Below, in pieces: positions 37,727-46,640 of a DNA stretch of 64,000 nucleotides. The notes under the pieces were generated by a model, which was given only the letters and a program-made list of their open reading frames with translations, had not been told where the DNA came from and did no database searches. Numbering within the stretch: position 1 is the stretch's first letter; the number at the start of each line of letters is the position of its first letter. A program made the position numbers and the translations under genes. Origin of the DNA: Nanobdellota archaeon (GTDB lineage Archaea; Nanobdellota; Nanobdellia; Parvarchaeales; Parvarchaeaceae); the NCBI GenBank assembly GCA_021802105.1, contig JAKAAW010000002.1, positions 993-64,992 on the forward strand. The letters are read 5' to 3'.

Positions 37727-38067
37727 TTATAACTTATGGTGGCGTCTGTCCTTTGGAATCTTGAGGTAGTGATTATAAGCTGTCATGGCAGAAAAAGTCC
37801 CAGCTGCGTACATTATTAAAGATAAAATGGCGTTGTTAGTAGCTACATAATACGCACCCAAACCATATTCTGCGATAGAAAGGGCAAATTGAGTATATGA
37901 ATCTCTCAAATGATCATCATGTTTGTACAAGTCGCCAACTGCCCCTTTTGAGAAATTTTTGTGCGGGTTATGTCTTCCTCTACTGATTTGCAGCCGATGA
38001 TATAACTTTCTGAACCTTTTGTACTATCTCCCGGCAATCTTCCCAATAAGTTTTCCAATAATTTCAT
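37727..38067 (-). pseudogene. Frameshifted small membrane-protein gene
   Basis: GGAGGT SD plus ATG 38067; one extra A in the A4 run (38017-38020) would join it to the 37727-37930 frame. Confidence 0.45.
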
Positions 38068-38234
38068 AAATTTACCTCCCTTAACTACCTTATAACTGCC
38101 ATTAAACTTCACCGTTACAAACTGCTTAAATTATTACTACTGTATGAGTAGTAATAATATATAAAGCTTTACAATGCTCATGCGGTTGCATAACTCATTA
38201 GTAGGATGGAGGTTTTTATAATGGTAGCTTCTAA

Positions 38235-39104
38235 TTATTTTATACCGCTTACAGAGTACATCTGTGTGAGGTATTTCTGGAAGACTATATAGAGCACGAT
38301 TATCGGCAGACCCATAAGGATGGAGAATGCTGCAAATATGTTAAGGTTTACCGCGAATGTTTGGCTTCCCGAAGCCGTTGCGGAAACGTGGTAAAGACCT
38401 AGCATGAGAGTGTATAAGGACCCGTGTGTGACCAGGACGTTTATTACCGCGTAGTCGGTGTACGCTCCTATGAAGGCTATTAGGGCGAGGAAAACAACAA
38501 CAGGTCTAGCTATTCTGAATAGGATTGTGAAGAGTGCCCTAAATCTGCTCTCACCATCAACCATAGCCGCTTCTTCGTAGTCCTTCGGTACGCTGTCTAT
38601 AAATATCTTGGCCATATAAGCTCCGAAGATAGCAGTACCACTAGAGTATATCAGTATAAGCCCTAGGAAGTTGTTTAGGAGCCTGAGATGTGCAAAGCCA
38701 AGGTAGACTGGAATTACTATAGAGGTAAACGGGAAGAAAGTCAATATATAAAGAGATATTATCAGTGCCTTTTTACCAGGTACATGAAGCCTGGCGAGGG
38801 CCACGCCTGCTATAAAGGCCACTAATACAGCCACGATGACTGTACCGAAGGCAAGTATAAGACTGTTAGCCAGCCACATGAAAAAAGGACTTGCAGCAAC
38901 TGCCTGATACGCAGAGAGGGTGAAGGTAGAGAAATTTGGTATCATCGAACTAATGGTTATATTAGATATGGAAGGTATCTTGCTGAATGATAGCAGTACG
39001 ACGTAATAGAGAGGAAATATAGCAAACAGCACCACTACAGCTATTATAGAGTATGACGCCACCCATTTCGCCGCATCCAATGCTCTGTATTTGCTTATCT
39101 TCAT
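38235..39104 (-). CDS. Sugar ABC transporter permease (MalG-like)
   Basis: NSL, D.VP...EEAA.VDG EAA loop, 6 TM helices. Confidence 0.9.
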   Translation of the reverse strand: MKISKYRALDAAKWVASYSIIAVVVLFAIFPLYYVVLLSFSKIPSISNITISSMIPNFSTFTLSAYQAVAASPFFMWLANSLILAFGTVIVAVLVAFIAGVALARLHVPGKKALIISLYILTFFPFTSIVIPVYLGFAHLRLLNNFLGLILIYSSGTAIFGAYMAKIFIDSVPKDYEEAAMVDGESRFRALFTILFRIARPVVVFLALIAFIGAYTDYAVINVLVTHGSLYTLMLGLYHVSATASGSQTFAVNLNIFAAFSILMGLPIIVLYIVFQKYLTQMYSVSGIK

Positions 39105-39110
39105 AGTCCC

Positions 39111-40022
39111 TCAGCTTATCATATCCAGCACTTTCGTGTACTTCAGCATAAATACAGCCATTATCGCGAGTATTATCACGGATACCACTGAAAGAGCTGC
39201 ACCAAGCGAATAATTGTAGAAAGAGAACGCCTGCGAGTATGAGTAAACGGTAAGGGAATATGTGCTTGTTCCGGGCCCCCCTCCCGTCAGCAAGTATATC
39301 GGGTAGAAGTTGTTCCATGTGTATATAAAACCGCTTATCGAAGCGAAAGCTACGGCGCCTTTTATTGATGGCCACGTGATTTTAGAAAATCTCTGAAACA
39401 TGTTCGCACCGTCCACTTTGGCAGACTCATGAAACTCGTCCGGTACACTCTGCATTGAAGATAGGAAAAACGTCGTGTAATAAGAGAATGACAGCCACAA
39501 GTTCGTTATTATAAGGGCGCCCCACGCAGGTACGGTTTTGAACAGCCAGTTGACTTTTGCTATACCGAGAAGAGCTAGGAACTGATTGATTATACCAAAA
39601 TTAGTGTTCCACATGCCGACCCATATGAGCAAGGATATGAACGCTGGGAATGCCCATGGGAGCAGGATCACGGTGAATATTGGCACTTTCAGCTTGAATC
39701 CTTTCTGGTTGAGTATAGTTGCAACAAGCATCCCGAGCAATACCATGGGGATTATACTACCAACAGTCCATATCAGTGTCTGTAAGATTATAGGGTAGAT
39801 CACACCAGTTCTGAACAGAGTTTCATAGTTCTGGAATCCTATTAGTGTTGCGTTAAAAAAATGCTGAAGACTAAAGTTCGTGAAGGATATGTAGACTCCA
39901 TACGCGATAGGGTATAAGAAAATAAAAAGGACGAGACCGATTATTGGCAGTAAGTAAAGATAGTTTGTAAGGAATCTCTTGAGGTTATCGTCGGATATCT
40001 CATTAGAGAAAGCCCGTTTCAT
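39111..40022 (-). CDS. Sugar ABC transporter permease (MalF-like)
   Basis: G..NY, LPWA.P, ESA.VDGA..FQRF..IT.P, LT.GGPG. Confidence 0.9.
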   Translation of the reverse strand: MKRAFSNEISDDNLKRFLTNYLYLLPIIGLVLFIFLYPIAYGVYISFTNFSLQHFFNATLIGFQNYETLFRTGVIYPIILQTLIWTVGSIIPMVLLGMLVATILNQKGFKLKVPIFTVILLPWAFPAFISLLIWVGMWNTNFGIINQFLALLGIAKVNWLFKTVPAWGALIITNLWLSFSYYTTFFLSSMQSVPDEFHESAKVDGANMFQRFSKITWPSIKGAVAFASISGFIYTWNNFYPIYLLTGGGPGTSTYSLTVYSYSQAFSFYNYSLGAALSVVSVIILAIMAVFMLKYTKVLDMIS

Positions 40023-40097
40023 TGGATTCTAACAATCTCATTGGATATAAAACTAATATTTTAACAAGCTACAGTCTATTACGGCACAGGTCAAAAC

Positions 40098-41486
40098 TTA
40101 ACTGCAGCTTGGAAGGACCGTTGTTCCATTGCTGGCAATGAAAGCCTGCACACAGCTTGCTACAGCTTGCGCAGTTATGGTCTTGTTAGTGTAGTAAAGG
40201 CCGAGCTCTGTATGCATATCTGCTAGGCCGCTGTAGTAATAATTCATCTGAGGCGTACTAGGTGTAGGTGATGTATAACCTGACATCTGCTGTAATATCC
40301 CTTTTTCTACTGTACTGAACTCAGAAGCAGTAAGGTTCTGCGATTGCGCAAAAGATGGAAGAAGTGTACCTGCGTTTGCTGAAGTTATAAGTGATGATAA
40401 AGCAGCTGCGTTTGAAGGCAGGTCCCCAGTTCCATTGTACATCCACAGTTCAGCCTGTGGCGATGCAAGAAACTGTGCAAATAATATGGAAGCGTTTATC
40501 TGCGCTGCAGTCGCCCCACTTGCTTGTGAACTAGATACTGCTATGGCAGTTGCTCCCAGTAGAGGTGCGAAGTGTTGACCAGTTGATGATACCATAGGCT
40601 CTGGGGCAGTACCAAGGTTTGTACCTAATGCCTGAATCAAAGGAACAAGATCCCAAGGTCCATCAAACATCACGGCAGCCTTGCTCGTTTCAAAGAGCTG
40701 ACCCTCTAATCCCGTAGCAAAACTGACGCCGGCACCAGAACCAAGAGGAGCGTTTATATGATCTTTATAAGTGACATTATACCAAAACTCCAAAGCATTA
40801 ATCATGGCTGAGGTGTTGAGAGTTGGAGCGCCATAAGTCTTGTATTGGAACAGCTGACCGCCAAAGCCAGGAAGCCATCCTGCGAATCTGTAACCATATG
40901 TGGAGCCTACACCATAAGCGAATCCCCATACATGCTGCGTCTGATTAAGAGTAGTCAAATCGGCGAGGAGTGCACTTGTGTTTCCGGGTATTCCATTAGG
41001 GAAGAAATGTTTGTTGTAATACATTAAGACCCCATTCTCATTCACAGGCAGACCAAAAACGACCGTATTATTGGCCTGTGAAACAGAGCTTAAAGGACCG
41101 GGTGCAAAGCTGTTAAAGTAAGTCGAATTAATGTGATTCTTTAAATTGACAAGTAAACCGCCTGAGTAAAGATTGCCTTCATCGTTGCTTGAGTCATAAT
41201 ATACATTAGGAGCATTACCAGCCGCTGCTGCAGTGGCGTAGTTGGTGGTGGATAGGGTGACGTTTGTTATATCAACATGTATATTAGGATACTGTGCCTC
41301 GAAAGCAGGCAGTATCTTTGTAATGAAAGCGCTATATTCTTGAGGTGAATATGCCTGCCAGTAGGTTATTGTAACCCCGGAAGTAGTTACTGGTTTGTAA
41401 ATTGAATAAAAGTAATAAACTCCTACAGCAACTACAACGATAATCGCAACAACCGCAACAATCGCCCACGTCGCAGAGCTTCTCAT
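40098..41486 (-). CDS. Sugar ABC transporter substrate-binding protein (membrane anchored)
   Basis: N-terminal TM helix, FE..YPNI.V, MYYNK, F...KAA.MFDGPW; alternative ATG at 41501. Confidence 0.85.
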   Translation of the reverse strand: MRSSATWAIVAVVAIIVVVAVGVYYFYSIYKPVTTSGVTITYWQAYSPQEYSAFITKILPAFEAQYPNIHVDITNVTLSTTNYATAAAAGNAPNVYYDSSNDEGNLYSGGLLVNLKNHINSTYFNSFAPGPLSSVSQANNTVVFGLPVNENGVLMYYNKHFFPNGIPGNTSALLADLTTLNQTQHVWGFAYGVGSTYGYRFAGWLPGFGGQLFQYKTYGAPTLNTSAMINALEFWYNVTYKDHINAPLGSGAGVSFATGLEGQLFETSKAAVMFDGPWDLVPLIQALGTNLGTAPEPMVSSTGQHFAPLLGATAIAVSSSQASGATAAQINASILFAQFLASPQAELWMYNGTGDLPSNAAALSSLITSANAGTLLPSFAQSQNLTASEFSTVEKGILQQMSGYTSPTPSTPQMNYYYSGLADMHTELGLYYTNKTITAQAVASCVQAFIASNGTTVLPSCS

Positions 41487-41697
41487 AATTGGTTTAAGCA
41501 TCTCAGTCTTTATAAATGTATTATAACAGCATTAATCTTTTTTTAGCTACTGCAACTTAGTAATACTTTAAGATATATTTTCTGTAATCCACTTTGTGAA
41601 AGAAAAAACCAACTATAGAAAGGACAACTGCTACTATCAATTTTACGCATCAAATGCCTTTAGTAAGAGATTTAACTTATAATGTCATATTCACTAT

Positions 41698-42588
41698 ATG
41701 GATAACGTCGTAGTTATAGCCGGAACAGCATCCAATGGCATAGCGAAGAATGTGGCCAGACTGATAAAATCAGAGCTCATACACATCCAATCCAAGATAC
41801 TGCCTGATGGAGAATCTTATGTAAGGATACCTGAAGAAGTGGCTAACAAGATCGTTGTTATAGTACAGTCACTATATCCTCCACAGGACAAGCACATAAT
41901 GGAGCTTCTTCTTATGATGGATGCGGCGAAAGGTTACGGCGCGTACAAGATAGTCCTGGTCGTACCTTATCTCGCTTATGCTAGGCAGGATATGAGGTTC
42001 CTGCCGGGCGAACCGGTCAGTATAGAATTACTTTTAAGAGTATTACATAGAGAAGGCGCAGAAATGATAATAACTGTTGATCCGCATAAGCCGGATTCTC
42101 TAGTCGCTTTTGCAGGAAAGTATGTTATAATAAAGCCAACGAAACTTTTTGCAGATGCGATAAAGGAAAATCCTAATGATATTGTGGTTCTCGCACCAGA
42201 CGGTAAGGCAATAGCAGCTGCGCAGGAGCTATCCTCTATATTGAAGACACAGTACACGTTCGTGGAGAAGGAAAGGGATAGGGCGACAGGTGAGATAATG
42301 CTAAAAAGCGTCAGGCCATTCGATTTCAAGAACAAGAAAGTGATCATTATAGACGATATAATAAGCACTGGCAAGACTATGGCACAGGCAGCGAAGTTCG
42401 CAAAAGAGAACGGCGCTGGAGACGTGATCGCTGCAGCCACCCACCTAATAACTTCCGGGGAATGCTGTGAACTGATGAAAGCCAGTGGGATCTCCAGGAT
42501 AATAGGCACAAACACTATCCCGAATGATAAGGCGGAGCTGATAGATATCTCGGGGATGATAGCAGAAAGCATCCTCAAAGGATTGTGA
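41698..42588 (+). CDS. prs: Ribose-phosphate pyrophosphokinase
   Basis: PDGE.YVRI, PYLAYARQD, D.H, IIDDIISTG.T, ATH. Confidence 0.93.
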   Translation: MDNVVVIAGTASNGIAKNVARLIKSELIHIQSKILPDGESYVRIPEEVANKIVVIVQSLYPPQDKHIMELLLMMDAAKGYGAYKIVLVVPYLAYARQDMRFLPGEPVSIELLLRVLHREGAEMIITVDPHKPDSLVAFAGKYVIIKPTKLFADAIKENPNDIVVLAPDGKAIAAAQELSSILKTQYTFVEKERDRATGEIMLKSVRPFDFKNKKVIIIDDIISTGKTMAQAAKFAKENGAGDVIAAATHLITSGECCELMKASGISRIIGTNTIPNDKAELIDISGMIAESILKGL

Positions 42589-42696
42589 CACCATCTTTCT
42601 GTTTATATCAAAATTAGTTCCCTTTTATTTAAAAGCTTTTAAATCTGCGGACATCTCGCCCATAGTTGGCAATCGTACAAAAGTTCTTGAATGACT

Positions 42697-44160
42697 TTAT
42701 CTGTTTCTTCTGTTCTTCCCCTTCTTATACTCTGGTATAGTAAACCTGTTCCAGAAGAGCTTGTGCAGCCGGAGCTTATCTGGTATCTTATTCAGGTATG
42801 GTATAAACGGAAATAGTATCAGCAGCACAAAGAAACCCAACGCTATCATGCCTCCATCGAAATCTGCGTTTGGATCATTACTGAGTATCGTTATATCTAG
42901 CAGATTGTATGGGGCGACCCACCAGCTGCCGGGCGGCCACAGTCCCGGGTTGTTTTTTATCATACCGAATTGCTGAAGCTGCAGTCCATCCTTAGTCGCA
43001 ATTGTATTCATTGTCCCAGTGTCTGAAAGGAATCTTAGGATGTATGTCTGGTCAAAACCGCTTGTTTCCTGGTAGCTTAGACTGCTCTGGTACAGACCGC
43101 TCTTAGCCATCAGGACCAGAGAGCTTATCACAGCTATCAGAGGATTGCTTGGATTGACAGAGGCATTTATTGTACCATTATCTCTAAAATAGGCATAAGC
43201 GCTGTTTATGTTTGTAGACTGCTCTGATATATTCTCGGAGTTGAAGAGGGCTTCCGCGTCCGTGCTGCCCGAAATGTTGATGTACTGATTATAAGGTATG
43301 GTCACATAAACGGTGCGTGTGTTAAAGGTGTAGGGATCTATAGTGTCTAGATACGTGGCTGTGCCGGATGTGTGGTTGAATTCCTGCAAGAGAGTCATAG
43401 CTACTATGTTTGGAGAAGATTGTGCGACACTCTGTATTGTGACAGGTGCCACATAAGGTGCCCTGAAGAAAAGCGCGAAAAGAATTATTATGGCAGTCAG
43501 AACGAGCGCCCTTTGATATAACTTCTTGTGGCTTGCTTCTACCATAGAGTAAGGGATATCGTTTCGATAAGGAGTAGATATTCCTCTCCTCTTGACTAGC
43601 GAGAAGTGCACAGCTATAAGTATCATAAGTATAAGCGGTATTATAGCTATATGCCACCCATATAACGCCCCCCAATTCAGAGGGTTTACCCAATAGCCGA
43701 GTCCGATGCCGTTCCAGAGATCAGCCGCCGATAAATCGTTCCATTGAGATACAAAATCACCTCTTATACCCAGGCCGAAAGCTTCCTCCAAAAGCACCAA
43801 AAATAGGAGGATAGAGCCTACCATCCAGACTAGCTTTCTCTTTAAGAAAGCTGACGTGGAAAACGTGACGAAGACATGCAAAATGAGAATGGTTCCAAAC
43901 GCAAACGCCGCCCACATGTGTATGCTCCTTACAAAAGTCCCCCATGTTGTCGTGTTCCACCAGAACGGACCAAAAATAACCATTATTATCCCAGATAGGG
44001 CGAGTATTACAAAAGTTACAAGAAGAAGAAATCCAAGAGAATAGAACACGCTGTTCCCATATGATGGTACTTTCCTTATGTAAACGGATTGCACGAGTCC
44101 TTTTATCTCACCGAGCAACGACGGGTCCTCTTCTTTTCTTTTTCTTGCGCGACTTGGCAT
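42697..44160 (-). CDS. Cytochrome b/b6 N-terminal-domain protein with large extracellular C-terminal domain
   Basis: RSIH.W...LH and WH...VH give four heme-ligand His on two helices; likely start MPSR at 44160. Confidence 0.8.
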   Translation of the reverse strand: MPSRARKRKEEDPSLLGEIKGLVQSVYIRKVPSYGNSVFYSLGFLLLVTFVILALSGIIMVIFGPFWWNTTTWGTFVRSIHMWAAFAFGTILILHVFVTFSTSAFLKRKLVWMVGSILLFLVLLEEAFGLGIRGDFVSQWNDLSAADLWNGIGLGYWVNPLNWGALYGWHIAIIPLILMILIAVHFSLVKRRGISTPYRNDIPYSMVEASHKKLYQRALVLTAIIILFALFFRAPYVAPVTIQSVAQSSPNIVAMTLLQEFNHTSGTATYLDTIDPYTFNTRTVYVTIPYNQYINISGSTDAEALFNSENISEQSTNINSAYAYFRDNGTINASVNPSNPLIAVISSLVLMAKSGLYQSSLSYQETSGFDQTYILRFLSDTGTMNTIATKDGLQLQQFGMIKNNPGLWPPGSWWVAPYNLLDITILSNDPNADFDGGMIALGFFVLLILFPFIPYLNKIPDKLRLHKLFWNRFTIPEYKKGKNRRNR

Positions 44161-44239
44161 ATAGCTATCTAATAAAGGATTATCTAAGAATTTAAGGGTT
44201 TTAGCCGCCGTTTTCATTATGGGATGAATAGTAACTCTT

Positions 44240-44287
44240 GTGACATCCTCCTACCTCTAAAGAGATGGGTTTTCCCTGATTAGGTCG
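44240..44287 (-). mobile_element. IS200/IS605-type single-hairpin mini-element
   Basis: Minus strand TTTAT|cgacctaatcaGGGAAAAcccatctcTTTAgaggtaggAGGATGTCAC. Confidence 0.6.
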
Positions 44288-44452
44288 ATAAAATTTGTAA
44301 ACCAGTCCAATACCGACGATTTGGTCATGCTTCGGGAAATAGCACGTCGATGACATCTTATTTTTTAGTAGTGCCCGGCGGAAAAAGCTGGTAAGCGGTG
44401 TAGGAAGTGGGAAATTTAAAAAGAATAAAAAAGACGGCTGTTTCAGATTGAT

Positions 44453-45229
44453 ATGCCAGAAATAAGTATAATATCAAAGAGAAACTATTCGAAACTGAAA
44501 AAACTGTACAAATCTTTTAGTGTTTCCAAGAGTGGAAGCATCTGCCTTGCGATAGGGGGCGACGGAACCTTCATCAAAGCCGCTAGCGAATTTGAAGGAC
44601 CTATACTTCCTATAAGGAGTAATGAGAAAAACAGCACTGGATATTATGCTGATGTAAGTCTTGACGATATGGACAGGGTTATAGACTGTCTCAAGAAGAA
44701 AAGATATAATATAGAGGAACTCAGCAGAAAGATAGAGCTGACCTACGACGGGAAAAGATATTATGGGGTGAACGAGATTCTGTTGAGGAACGTGCGCGAG
44801 GAGATATATTTCAGGCTTAATTATAGAGAGCATGGCGAACTCAAGAGTCTCTATCCTTACATAATCAGCGGGGATGGTTTTCTGGTCACCACAAACGTGG
44901 GTTCTACTGCTTATAACAGGACCTCCAATGGGCCTATAATATTGGATAATAGGGTGTTATGCCTTACTCCTCTATCAATAGAGAATCCTCTCAGGAACCC
45001 TATAATCTTGAGAAACGATGAAATAATAGAGGCAACGGTAGAGAAGGGAAGAGGAGAACTCAGCTTTGACGGTATAGGCGTGGCCAGTGTGGGAATGGGT
45101 AGCAAATTCTCGATAAGACTTTCAAACAAGAGGGTAAACATAGTGAAACTTGACGGAATGAAGGAAGACTTCTCCGAGAAGCTCCTGAGGATAATAAAGA
45201 GCAAGATGAACGAGAACCATGTCGCGTAA
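44453..45229 (+). CDS. nadK: NAD(+)/NADH kinase
   Basis: GGDGT, NE, GDG....T..GSTAYN....GP. Confidence 0.85.
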   Translation: MPEISIISKRNYSKLKKLYKSFSVSKSGSICLAIGGDGTFIKAASEFEGPILPIRSNEKNSTGYYADVSLDDMDRVIDCLKKKRYNIEELSRKIELTYDGKRYYGVNEILLRNVREEIYFRLNYREHGELKSLYPYIISGDGFLVTTNVGSTAYNRTSNGPIILDNRVLCLTPLSIENPLRNPIILRNDEIIEATVEKGRGELSFDGIGVASVGMGSKFSIRLSNKRVNIVKLDGMKEDFSEKLLRIIKSKMNENHVA

Positions 45230-45435
45230 AATCTGCAAAGCTTATAAATTCTGCCAGTCTTATAATAGCATGGAGTCGGGCGAAACGTATAGATTTTCTG
45301 TAAATAGGCCTATTCATAAGAATAATAATAACTGGTAATAATCACCAGTTGAGTGTTCGCAAATAGTTTTAGTCGTACGCTTATTTTGGATTTTTGGTAT
45401 TTTTTCCGCCGCAAGAAAACAAAAGGAGGTCTAAA

Positions 45436-45961
45436 ATGGAAGGAGATGTTGGGAGAGGAATGAGTGGATCGTCGGTGCTTATTGCACAAGGTCTCGCAGT
45501 AGAATACAGAAGGCCATACAACCACAGGTACAACAGCTCATGGCCTATTAAGACTCTCCTTGGGTCTCCTAGAGATTCTATCTAGTGCGCAGGAAAGCCA
45601 GGTTTTTGGTGGCATGGCGTTTATTTTCCGGGAAATCGCTGTGTCTCCAGCACTGGCGATAGCTTCGCTGGTGATAAGTTTGGCCATGTTTCTGGTGCTG
45701 GAAAAAACTGAAGGAGGTGGGGAGTATATCTGCACGCTATTTGTGTTTTTGTTATTTATACAGGTATCTGTGCTAGGTTAGGCAGTAGACCCGATGATTC
45801 TTTTGATGAGGGTCTGTGCGCTTCTTCCAGAAGGAGATAAAGAGTACAATTTGGACTGTGTGCATGGAAAAGAAAATAGTATAATAACTTTAGCGGCTTC
45901 TAGGATGGGTAATCGCAATGTACGTGTTCAAGCAGAAACGATTACGATAATCTCAACTTGA
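45436..45961 (+). pseudogene. Decayed membrane-protein gene
   Basis: Strong AGGAGGT SD plus ATG 45436, then a frame change into a hydrophobic ORF and a TAG at 45779-45781. Confidence 0.35.
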
Positions 45962-46032
45962 TACTGAGCCTTTTGGATAGTATCCCTTTCTAATTGGAAA
46001 AGGCTTAAATATTTCCGTGTAGTATCCTAGGT

Positions 46033-46434
46033 ATGGTTAGTAGCAGCGCTAAGCGACCTCATAAGAAACATCCGTCGTCTAAAAAATCAGCTGCAGTCAG
46101 ACATGCTGCATCTTTGAGAAAAATATCTGAGGAGAGGGATCTCCATAATATGATAAGACTCATAGGCGCGCTGTTCCCGGAGAGACGAGATAAGGACACT
46201 AAAAAAGCCCTAATGGCACTTTCAGACCTGTCAAAAAAGAGAGGGTTCAAAAGCCTTTACGGCGTTGTACAGGGATTGCTCGCAGAAAATCTGAGTTCCA
46301 GAAACTTGGAGAAAGCATCCGACATCGTTACTAATCTGTTCAAGAAGGAATCTGGCATTGACCTTGCTGAAAAACAACATCCAAAACACCAAAAGAAAGT
46401 TATATCTGCTAGGGACCTATTGAAAGGACTCTAA
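46033..46434 (+). CDS. Basic hypothetical protein
   Basis: 133 aa, Lys/His-rich termini; TTAAATA upstream. Confidence 0.55.
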   Translation: MVSSSAKRPHKKHPSSKKSAAVRHAASLRKISEERDLHNMIRLIGALFPERRDKDTKKALMALSDLSKKRGFKSLYGVVQGLLAENLSSRNLEKASDIVTNLFKKESGIDLAEKQHPKHQKKVISARDLLKGL

Positions 46435-46640
46435 ATATAGCAAACAGTCGCAGGGTATCACAATAAGCTCTTTTGTTAATCTCAGGCTTATCTTAAGGAT
46501 ATCAGATTTAAACTCTCTTTTGGATAGCTTACGCATATCTTATGAGAGCATCTTTATTCTAATACAGCGTGAAATCATTGCCTGATACTAATATCTTAAT
46601 TTGTGTGTAGATATTTATTATCCTATCTTATACAGTATCT

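Noticed and set aside
44300..44400. Two short hairpins upstream of nadK
   Set aside because: Short stems, no recognisable RNA family, single copy.
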